From: Bacteroidota bacterium
GTDB taxonomy: Bacteria; Bacteroidota; Bacteroidia; JAKFFM01
Length of the DNA: 64,000 nucleotides
Reading direction: 5' to 3'
NCBI GenBank assembly: GCA_036675075.1
Contig: JAKFFM010000002.1
Coordinates: forward strand, 83,120 to 147,119
The position numbers and the translations under genes were made by a program. Of this stretch, positions 29,528 through 37,605 are shown piece after piece. How positions within the stretch are numbered: the first letter of the stretch is position 1; the number at the start of each line of letters is the position of its first letter. The notes under the pieces were generated by a model. It did no database searches. It saw only the letters and a list, made by a program, of their open reading frames with translations, and was not told the origin of the DNA.

Positions 29528-30319
29528 ATGAAAGAGAATTTAAAACCATTGATGATCCTGTTTGGTTTCGTCGGATCAGTGGTGCTGGTGTTTTTTATTG
29601 AAACCACGTACCTGCTGGATGAAAAGCATGAGGCAGAAACCTCAGTGCCTGTCAAGGCAATAAAAGAATCAATGAATAACTCTATCGGGGATCCCGGAGA
29701 GATCAAGGAAGTTTTTGAAGACTTTGAAAAGCTGGAAGAAGGAGCAAACCCTGAACTGCGGCATATCTTCACTTATGGTTCGATCAAAGTAGCAGCTACA
29801 AAGGAAAATACAAGAGGAAAAGGATACTCAGGAAGTCGTGCCATTAAGGTTACCTGGACAGCCGAGCACAATTTCGGAGGATGGGGAAAAGGGATCGGGC
29901 ATTTTTACAGGATCGACAAGGAGAACGATTACCTCAACTTTTTTGTTCTCTATCCATCAGGCAATGACGATCTCCTGAAAATTGTATTACAGGATGATGA
30001 TAACGGTAACGGATCGTATGAAGAGGACAAGGATGATGCCTGGTTCTCAGAGATACCGCTCAAGGCATCTCCGGAATGGCAACTGTTCTCCATACCTGTG
30101 AAAGAGCTGAAGGACCAGACATCCGGAGGAGATGGCACCTTAAATATTGCTGAGGGTGAAGGAAACCTGATCACCTTTTTATTTGAATTTCCAAGAAGTG
30201 GTGAATACACCAAAGAGAAGGTGTGGTACTTCGATCATGTGAATCTTACAAAAGGAAAAATTCCTGTAGGGAAAGATATTACAGACATACCAGTTTCCAT
30301 GTCAAATCTTTATAAATAG
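29528..30319 (+). CDS. Stand-alone paralog of the N-terminal (putative carbohydrate-binding) domain of the upstream hydrolase
   Basis: 263 aa; N-terminal TM/signal anchor; shares EDFE...KGYSG.RAI...FGGWGKG...NFF.L...LQDDDNGNG...QLFSIP...GGDG..NI with 27869..29476 but has no catalytic domain. Confidence 0.45.
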   Translation: MKENLKPLMILFGFVGSVVLVFFIETTYLLDEKHEAETSVPVKAIKESMNNSIGDPGEIKEVFEDFEKLEEGANPELRHIFTYGSIKVAATKENTRGKGYSGSRAIKVTWTAEHNFGGWGKGIGHFYRIDKENDYLNFFVLYPSGNDDLLKIVLQDDDNGNGSYEEDKDDAWFSEIPLKASPEWQLFSIPVKELKDQTSGGDGTLNIAEGEGNLITFLFEFPRSGEYTKEKVWYFDHVNLTKGKIPVGKDITDIPVSMSNLYK

Positions 30320-30324
30320 TTACG

Positions 30325-31551
30325 ATGAAAGAATTGAACAACGACAGGGTTCATTTTATGAACCTTGATTTCCTGAGGTTCCTTGCGGCCTACATGATTG
30401 TGATTCTTCACTCCTTTACTGCGTGGCAGGCAAATTACGGGAATCCGACATGGATGGAAGCGAAGGATGGCAATCTTTCCTTTTTCGGATTATTATTGAA
30501 CCGTGGAGTAAATAATCTTGGATTTGGTGTGGATATATTTTTCCTGATCAGCGGATTCCTGATTACTTACCTGTTGCTCGCAGAACGTGAAAGAACAGGT
30601 GGTGTTGACGTTTTCAAGTTTTATGTTCGAAGAGCTTTCAGGATCTGGCCATTGTATTTCCTGCTGTTGCTGGGTGCTCCGTTAATGGCGTTTTTCTTCA
30701 ATGAGAAGATGCCTGAGTTTGCTTACCATTTTGCCTTCCTGGGAAACTTTGAAACGATCAAAAACCATACGATCAATCCAATCACTACGCATTTGTGGTC
30801 TATCTGTGTGGAAGAACATTTCTACCTGATCTGCCCTGTGATCCTGGCGTTCATTCCGACAAAGAAATTGCCTCAGGCATTCCTCATCATCATTTTTGCA
30901 TCGATCCTTTTCAGGTACAACATCTATGATCATCCAAACTCAAGCAGTCATCTCTATCTGAATACCTTGAGCAGAATTGATACGCTTGCGTTAGGTTGTC
31001 TTTTCGGATACCTTGTTTATTTCAAGAAACTTCAGTTCAACGATCCTTTGCCTGTGAGGCTGATTGTTTATTCGATCTTCCTGCTCATGTTATTCACGGA
31101 GAATTTCAAGAGCGTTCATTCTCCATTTGATGCTGCATTGAAAAAGTACCTGTTCCTGATGCCGGCAGCTTACTGGCTTGGGAATTTTATTTTCAATGCG
31201 GGCGCAGTGATGGTTCCAAGGAAGGAAAACTTCTTCCATTTGCTGGGTAAAGCTTCTTATGGATTATATATGTTTAATCCTGTACTTATTTCTGTTATGC
31301 TGAAGTATTTCCATAAGTATGACTTCCAGAATTTCATTGTGTACACCGTACTCGTGAACGGAATCCTGCTCGGAATCACCCTGCTGAGTTATCACTATTT
31401 TGAAATGCCATTCCTCAAGCTGAAAGAGAAGTTTTCTGTTATTCCAAGCGGAAGTACAAAGCATGCTGCCCAGAACCCGGAACCTTCAAAAGCTCCGGTA
31501 CTGGCTGCAGTTGAAGAAAGCAAAGTGCCTCCAACACAGGGACAGGTATAG
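30325..31551 (+). CDS. Acyltransferase family 3 membrane protein (polysaccharide O-acyltransferase-like)
   Basis: 408 aa; about ten TM helices; N-terminal LDFLRFLAAYMIVILHSF and RIWPLYFLLLL resemble acyltransferase-3 (OatA/WecH-like) proteins. Confidence 0.7.
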   Translation: MKELNNDRVHFMNLDFLRFLAAYMIVILHSFTAWQANYGNPTWMEAKDGNLSFFGLLLNRGVNNLGFGVDIFFLISGFLITYLLLAERERTGGVDVFKFYVRRAFRIWPLYFLLLLGAPLMAFFFNEKMPEFAYHFAFLGNFETIKNHTINPITTHLWSICVEEHFYLICPVILAFIPTKKLPQAFLIIIFASILFRYNIYDHPNSSSHLYLNTLSRIDTLALGCLFGYLVYFKKLQFNDPLPVRLIVYSIFLLMLFTENFKSVHSPFDAALKKYLFLMPAAYWLGNFIFNAGAVMVPRKENFFHLLGKASYGLYMFNPVLISVMLKYFHKYDFQNFIVYTVLVNGILLGITLLSYHYFEMPFLKLKEKFSVIPSGSTKHAAQNPEPSKAPVLAAVEESKVPPTQGQV

Positions 31552-32041
31552 CACATCTATTCGCAACTTCAGCATGATGTTATCATTGATGTGTGATGTC
31601 AAAGGATAGTTCTAACCTGACATGTGAACTATGTATGCAAATGCATGATGCCTTGTGATAATGATTTTAAGTCGAGGTTATCTGTTCTACTGATTTGAAC
31701 ATGATTTATTCTTTCATCCTGAAGAATCATTCCTGATATAGAGTCTTGCTGTCGATAGAATCAGGGATGACTTCATCATTAAGTGCTATTATTACCATGT
31801 ATCAAGCATGAATGATCATCACAAGATTCATTGAAATGATGCTGTTATACATTTACCCTATAACAATGAGCGTCCAGGCTTCTGCAGGTTAAACATGAAA
31901 TCCTTGAATGCAATCAGTAAATTGATTCATGAAAATTGATATCCCGGAAGCTTAGAAGAAACACGCTTACATGAGGGTATTGTTTCTCTCAATTTTTAAA
32001 CACCTGGGATAATTAAATGGAACTCCAGCGTACTTGTTAAA

Positions 32042-32096
32042 CCCGGATTATGCAATAGGAGTTATTAAAAATAGCGAACTACTTGCATTATCCGGG
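32042..32096. repeat. Inverted repeat, 14-nt arms with one mismatch, 27-nt spacer, in a gene-free spacer
   Basis: cccggattatgcaa (32042-32055) and ttgcattatccggg (32083-32096); the right arm overlaps a competing short hairpin cgggg-ttt-ccccg (32093-32105). Confidence 0.5.
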
Positions 32097-32236
32097 GTTT
32101 CCCCGACTTAGAAAATCACTCTTTTGATCAAATCAGAATGGTCTTAACGTGCTGATTTTCTTAGTCGATTATGCATTAAAATTTTTATAGTGCATAATTT
32201 GAGTTAAAGCAGGAAATAAGACACACGTAGTGTCGT

Positions 32237-32455
32237 TTATTTTTGCATGGATGCCTTTTCTGGCTCTCCAACCGCCCGTTTCGGGTCATCAGACTTCCCG
32301 TTATTTTGTGGAGCTGTATGATAAGATGGAATGTCCATGCCTACATCATCTGGCTGCAGCTGCTCCAGCTTTAAAACAATATAAGCAGCGCATAAAAGGC
32401 TAATGATAAAGAACACTGGTTTTACTAGAAACTTGTATGTCTGCGGTGTTGTCAT
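32237..32455 (-). CDS. Small single-TM membrane protein, last gene of the synthase operon
   Basis: 72 aa; one hydrophobic helix (VFFIISLLCAAYIVL); start 1 nt after the synthase stop. Confidence 0.35.
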   Translation of the reverse strand: MTTPQTYKFLVKPVFFIISLLCAAYIVLKLEQLQPDDVGMDIPSYHTAPQNNGKSDDPKRAVGEPEKASMQK

Positions 32456-32456
32456 G

Positions 32457-34376
32457 TTAGTGTGACTTTATAGAACTCCATTTCAACTTACGCGCCAACC
32501 TGGATTTGAAATCTGCAAGTCCATTATATTGAAGCGGATTTTTTATATCATAGTCTTTCTCCTCCCACCATGCAGCCCTGATCATCACACTCAGGTTATA
32601 CACAGTGAACAGACTCCAGAATGTATTCGTAATGTATCCGGATATGCTTGGATGCTGTCCCTGGAAAATTAGAAAGATGTTGTAAATGTTCCCGATCACG
32701 ATCAGGCTTATAATAATGACATGAGGCAGTATATGCGGTAAGTAGCTTGCTTTTGATTTCTCTTTAGGTGTCACATGGAATTGCACCTTTTTTCCAATGA
32801 CTACCGAAATGATGGATAAGGTCATGAGCCAGAAGGATGCTATGTAATACTGGTCGCTTCTGTCTGATGTCCGGCCCCAGTTCACCAGCAGGATCGCGAT
32901 GGCATTAAAGATCTGGAACGGTATATAATATTTCAGGAAGTCAAAGCTGTAGGCCTTTACCGGAAGCTCCAGGGTAAAGTAAAAAAGAATAGGACTGAAG
33001 ATGAAGATGATCAGCCAGATGGGTGCGAAATACGAATAGATGGAGCTGAAATAGCACATGCGTTGTCCTAATGTCAATCCTTTCATGAAGAGCGGATTGT
33101 CTTTGAAGGCAATGTCAAGTGAACCGGCTGCATATCGTGATCGCTGCTTGACCCAGGTGTCAATGTCCTGCGGTGAAAGCATCTTGCATTCCACATAAGG
33201 ATGCTCATAGCTTTCCCATCCCTGTGCATGAAGCATCATGGATGTATAGATATCCTCCGATGCATGGAACTTAAACGGGATGAGCTGGTTGTCCAGATAT
33301 GTCTTTCGTTTATACTCGAGGATCTCTTTTTCAGTGAACGATGTGTGCCCGATGGCTTCAAGCTTCTTCTTAAGCTCTTTACGAACGCCTTTCGCATAGT
33401 CTTTTATTGCGAGCTCCATCACTGCTTCCCGGCGATGTATGGATCCTGCGCCACAGCAGAAAGCAGCATTGTGAAAATTTCGTCTGCGTAATAGTCCGTC
33501 ATAGAATCCTTCCGGGTGGTTGCCGAAAATATCTTCTTCGATATAGACCTTCCCGAATATCAGTTCAATGCACCACCCCGCGCTTCTACCCAGCCATCCT
33601 GCTTTTTTGGTGAGCCAGTCTTTTAAGTAAATAGGTTCAGATGTATCATAGAACCACTGAGGTGTCTGTACCCATGCAAGCTTTTTGCTTCTGAAGTATC
33701 CGGTGGTGGCAGTAAGAATGGTATCAAACGGTCGTGCATCAGCATCAAGGATCACAAACAGATCTCCCTGAGTATGCTCAAGTCCGTTTCGAAGATTGCC
33801 TGCTTTAAAACCTTCGTTGTTTTCACGACAGAAGTATCCAACGCCTTCTTCTTCGGCAACTTTTTTCATGTTCTGCTTGGAAGGATCACGTCCATCGCGT
33901 CGTCCATCATCGAGCACAAAGATGTTCACAGGAACATCATCAAAAGGATACCTGATCTTTTTCGAGTCTCTGATGGTGTAGCGTACAAGCTCAACATCTT
34001 CGTTGTAAGTGGCAATGTGAATGTCGATCCTCACTGGTCTGTCAGGCCGTCCACGCAAATCTTCGATCTCAGAGAGAAACCTGACAGGTTCTTCTATCGG
34101 ACGATCTTTTGGTGACCAGTAGTTAACATAAAGGAAGATGGTGCTGAAGAAGCTCAGTGTTTCTGCAACCACCAGAGGGATCGCGAACCAAAGGCAATTC
34201 AGGTTAAGTGAATACTTCCATCTCCACCAGATATATAATGCGCCAATGGCGAGTGCCACGATGGCCAGGAACTGGAACATCATGTTCCTGAACTCGCTTA
34301 TTGGTAGCGGAGTATAAGGTTTTCTGTGTTCAAACTTGTTAAAGTAAAATTCCTTTAACGGTGGCTCCTGATTCAT
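32457..34376 (-). CDS. BcsA-like processive GT2 polysaccharide synthase lacking a C-terminal PilZ domain
   Basis: 639 aa; N- and C-terminal TM bundles flank a cytoplasmic GT2 domain with VLDDG, FKAGNLRNGL, ILDADARP, QTPQWFYD and QRSRY (QxxRW-like with Y); only ~40 aa follow the last TM helix. Confidence 0.7.
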   Translation of the reverse strand: MNQEPPLKEFYFNKFEHRKPYTPLPISEFRNMMFQFLAIVALAIGALYIWWRWKYSLNLNCLWFAIPLVVAETLSFFSTIFLYVNYWSPKDRPIEEPVRFLSEIEDLRGRPDRPVRIDIHIATYNEDVELVRYTIRDSKKIRYPFDDVPVNIFVLDDGRRDGRDPSKQNMKKVAEEEGVGYFCRENNEGFKAGNLRNGLEHTQGDLFVILDADARPFDTILTATTGYFRSKKLAWVQTPQWFYDTSEPIYLKDWLTKKAGWLGRSAGWCIELIFGKVYIEEDIFGNHPEGFYDGLLRRRNFHNAAFCCGAGSIHRREAVMELAIKDYAKGVRKELKKKLEAIGHTSFTEKEILEYKRKTYLDNQLIPFKFHASEDIYTSMMLHAQGWESYEHPYVECKMLSPQDIDTWVKQRSRYAAGSLDIAFKDNPLFMKGLTLGQRMCYFSSIYSYFAPIWLIIFIFSPILFYFTLELPVKAYSFDFLKYYIPFQIFNAIAILLVNWGRTSDRSDQYYIASFWLMTLSIISVVIGKKVQFHVTPKEKSKASYLPHILPHVIIISLIVIGNIYNIFLIFQGQHPSISGYITNTFWSLFTVYNLSVMIRAAWWEEKDYDIKNPLQYNGLADFKSRLARKLKWSSIKSH

Positions 34377-34636
34377 TCGAAATTGATAATGCTGTCCAGC
34401 TCCAGCTGTTTTAATTGATCCATCACTTCTGGCTTAACATTGATAACCCTTGTTTCAATTCCACTGCTCAGGTTATACTTCACTTTATCTATAAGGCGTG
34501 CGATATCTGAGTTTGTAAGAAAACACACTTCCTTTAGATCAACATAATGCACTCGTTCATACAATCTCCCGGAATGTTCAGGGAATGCCTCTGACTTGCT
34601 GAACAAATCCTTACTCCTCGTAATCTTCATATCCAA
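34373..34636 (-). CDS. Small STAS-like (anti-sigma-factor-antagonist-like) protein
   Basis: 87 aa; VDLKEVCFLTNSDIARLIDKV...INVKPEVMDQLKQLELDSIINF matches the second half of the STAS fold, with a Ser at the usual phospho-site position; stop overlaps the synthase start by 4 nt. Confidence 0.35.
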   Translation of the reverse strand: MDMKITRSKDLFSKSEAFPEHSGRLYERVHYVDLKEVCFLTNSDIARLIDKVKYNLSSGIETRVINVKPEVMDQLKQLELDSIINFE

Positions 34637-34643
34637 CTTCTCT

Positions 34644-36443
34644 CTATTTCATTTTCGCTATCTCCGCATCCATCCACGCTCCTCTGTCAGCTACCCATTG
34701 CTTGAGGCGATCAATCTCTCCTTTGTGATCAGCAGGGAGTGGCAATGGATTCATTCCAACCTGTGAGCCAAGCACTGGCCATTTCCTGAAGTTTCGCTCT
34801 GTCGCTTCCTTCATCATGGTGGTGTTCTTGTCTATCAGTGAGTTAATTGCTGAATTGCTAAGTGTTCCTTTTCGTAATTGTTGCCAGCGTTCCTTGACCA
34901 TTCCTTTAAAAACGGGGTCGTTCATCATTCTTCCCCACCATTGTGGAACAGGATACGTGGTGTCTGGTGAACTGTATTGCCATCCTTCAGGATCACTTCC
35001 ATTACCGTAGTTGGCATTGTTCCATGCAAGATCATAATCCCATACCGGTCCTATGTTTAACCTTGCATCCCGATCGTCACGGTCTTTATACAGATAGGTG
35101 CTGAGCTTATAAGCGTCTACATTCTTGCTGAATTCATTGATCAGGAAGAAGTCAACAAAGCTCTTCAGGTTTGCATAGCGTCTGTAGGATTTTTCCGAGT
35201 TGTAATCATAGCTGATCAGTGCATGCTCAAAGCTGTCAACGTATGTCTGAAGGTATTTTTTCTGTAATGGGTTGATGTCATCTTCATCGGGATATGTATA
35301 GCGATAGAAGACTTTCTTTGTGCCCTCAAATGCAGCGGGAATGCTTGAATAAAACCCTTGTGTATCCGATTCAAACCGGTCGATCTTGAAGATGTATCCT
35401 CCGGATAAAACCTTGGGATCAGCCGGTTGATCACTTTGTTGCGCGATATTGATCCTGTTCTCGTCGCGCTTTATTTTTTCAGTAAGCATGTAGATGCCTC
35501 TGTAATCTCCATTGATCACAAGCTCTACAAACCTACTGCGTGGCGAGTAGTGGCCCATCTGACCAAATAGTGTGTAGGTCAGGTAATTCCTTAAGAGCGA
35601 TTTATCTGAATAAGGAGCATACAGGATCCAGTCTTTCTCTGCTGGAAGATCCAGGAGTCCATGGTCTTTCTTTTTACCTGTGCTGTCTGTTGTAGAGAAA
35701 GCATAGGACTTTTTTGAATAGTTCTGTGAACTGGAACCTCGTGTTTCAATGGTGATGGTTCCTGAATAATTTCTGAATTGATCTGTGATGGTGTTGATCT
35801 TCCCTTTGCTATGTATAATGCCCATACCTGCCTTGATGCGTGGTGAGTCAGGGATGTTGTTACCTGCAGTGTTGATCACTACGATCGGTAATTCTGATGA
35901 TTCAAGGATCACAGGTGATGGTGCATCTTCTCCGAAGGTCAGCTTCCATGATAGCAGCTTGCCGGAGAATAATGAAGGCTTCCAGTCTTTGACCAATAAC
36001 TTCCAGGCACCGCTCATGGTCTGTCCGTTATTGATTGATCCGAGGTAATCAACAGGTCTGTATTTCCCGGTAAACGGCGGAGACGCGCATTTGATGGGCT
36101 GTTTCGCATCTTCACTGAAACAGGTGTTTCTGTAGTGCTTGGCACCCGGACCATTGACATAGGTGAGTTCAACTTCACTGCCATCAGGAGCTTTCAGGTA
36201 CATCACGATCTCTGAGAGGTCATCATGATCCAGATCGATCATCACTTCTTTTAATCCGAACTCTGAGCTAAGCTTTCTGGAAACTGAATCATTAACCTCG
36301 ATGATGAACTCGGTGAAGATCCCATCATTCGTGATGTTTCCGCCTTGCCCGATAAAGGTGTTGACAGGTGACTGCCCGTTTGTACATGCAAACAGCAATA
36401 CCATGAAAGAAAGAAGAACTTTTGTAGAGATGTTTAAGTTCAT
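34644..36443 (-). CDS. CotH kinase-like lipoprotein with N-terminal proprotein-convertase-type P domain
   Basis: 599 aa; lipoprotein-type signal (LLFACTNG); P-domain-like GQTMSGAWKLLVKDW...GKLLSWKLTF; CotH-like core SDKSLLRNYLTYTLFGQMG...RFVELVINGDYRGIYMLTEKI. Confidence 0.55.
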   Translation of the reverse strand: MNLNISTKVLLSFMVLLFACTNGQSPVNTFIGQGGNITNDGIFTEFIIEVNDSVSRKLSSEFGLKEVMIDLDHDDLSEIVMYLKAPDGSEVELTYVNGPGAKHYRNTCFSEDAKQPIKCASPPFTGKYRPVDYLGSINNGQTMSGAWKLLVKDWKPSLFSGKLLSWKLTFGEDAPSPVILESSELPIVVINTAGNNIPDSPRIKAGMGIIHSKGKINTITDQFRNYSGTITIETRGSSSQNYSKKSYAFSTTDSTGKKKDHGLLDLPAEKDWILYAPYSDKSLLRNYLTYTLFGQMGHYSPRSRFVELVINGDYRGIYMLTEKIKRDENRINIAQQSDQPADPKVLSGGYIFKIDRFESDTQGFYSSIPAAFEGTKKVFYRYTYPDEDDINPLQKKYLQTYVDSFEHALISYDYNSEKSYRRYANLKSFVDFFLINEFSKNVDAYKLSTYLYKDRDDRDARLNIGPVWDYDLAWNNANYGNGSDPEGWQYSSPDTTYPVPQWWGRMMNDPVFKGMVKERWQQLRKGTLSNSAINSLIDKNTTMMKEATERNFRKWPVLGSQVGMNPLPLPADHKGEIDRLKQWVADRGAWMDAEIAKMK

Positions 36444-36632
36444 AGACCGTTGCTCCTACTGATATCTTACAAAATTTTGCCGTTTTTGTAAGGTGTTCAG
36501 GAACGGTCTGTATCACGCCCAGACTCATGCTTTGGCGCGGGTTATCAGCTTATGCGCCTGCTTGCTTTTTTTTGCAGTGTGGAAAAATATCAGCGAACTG
36601 AGGAAGCTTGTTTGAAAGAGAATCAGGCCATC

Positions 36633-37544
36633 TTAGTTCTTTGTCAGCTTCTGAAATACCTGCTCCAGGCTTTCTTCCTCTTTCTGAATGGTAAGGATCG
36701 ACAGCTGATTTGTTACCGCGAGATTGAATAAAACAGGTCTCAGATCTTCGGTTGCGCGACTGATGATAAGCCAGAGATTACCTGAAATGTTCTGGACTGA
36801 TATAAAACCGGGCAATGTTTCAAGGATCTTTTGTTCAACCGGACCACTGAACTCAACGCGGATTACCTGTTCCTTATGATCAGCAGATGAGATCTCTGAA
36901 ACAGGCGCGTTTGCAACGATCTGACCACGGTTAATGATGATGATGTGATCACATACTGCTGTCACTTCCTGCATGATGTGCGTAGAAAGCATGACGGTCT
37001 TTTCTTTTCCAACTTCACGGATAAGGCTGCGGATCTCGGCAAGCTGATTCGGATCAAGTCCTGAAGTCGGCTCATCAAGGATCAGCACTGCCGGATCATG
37101 GATCAGAGCCTGGGCCAGGCCGACACGCTGACGGTAACCTTTCGATAATGCACCGATCTTTTTATTCTGTTCAAGGCCAAGACCTGTAATGTCGATCATC
37201 TCTTTGATCCGGACATCCTTTTTCTTTCCAAGCTTATGAACATCAGCAACAAATGCCAGGTATTCCTTTACGTACATGTCAAGGTACAGTGGATTATGCT
37301 CAGGAAGATATCCCACACGCTTTCGGACTTCAAGTGAGTTCTCATTGACATCATAGCCTTCCACAGTAACTTTTCCTTCAGTTGCAGGAATGTAGCATGT
37401 GATGATCTTCATCATTGTTGATTTACCTGCACCGTTGGGACCAAGGAAGCCCATGATCTGTCCGGTGTTTACGGTGAATGATACATTGTCAAGTGCCTTC
37501 TGGGCGCCATAAACTTTTGTGATCTGAGATACCTCGATAGCCAT
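36633..37544 (-). CDS. gldA: ABC transporter ATP-binding protein, probable gliding-motility GldA ortholog
   Basis: 303 aa; Walker A GPNGAGKST, signature LSKGYRQRVGLAQAL, Walker B LILDEPTSGLD; VGYLPEHNPLYLDMYV and absence of an adjacent permease fit GldA as I recall it. Confidence 0.6.
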   Translation of the reverse strand: MAIEVSQITKVYGAQKALDNVSFTVNTGQIMGFLGPNGAGKSTMMKIITCYIPATEGKVTVEGYDVNENSLEVRKRVGYLPEHNPLYLDMYVKEYLAFVADVHKLGKKKDVRIKEMIDITGLGLEQNKKIGALSKGYRQRVGLAQALIHDPAVLILDEPTSGLDPNQLAEIRSLIREVGKEKTVMLSTHIMQEVTAVCDHIIIINRGQIVANAPVSEISSADHKEQVIRVEFSGPVEQKILETLPGFISVQNISGNLWLIISRATEDLRPVLFNLAVTNQLSILTIQKEEESLEQVFQKLTKN

Positions 37545-37605
37545 AGGATGTAAAATTAAGAATCATTCCCTGTAATCACTTTTCACGCTTAACTTTGATT
37601 GCAAG

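Noticed and set aside
31552-32236. Insertion sequence, MITE or prophage remnant in the gene-free spacer
   Set aside because: No transposase or integrase frame, no terminal inverted repeats at the borders of the spacer (the inverted repeat is internal), and no flanking direct repeats that I could see.
36633-37544. ABC ATPase without an adjacent permease as a degraded transporter
   Set aside because: The ORF is intact with all ABC motifs, and GldA-type ATPases are characteristically encoded apart from their permease partners.
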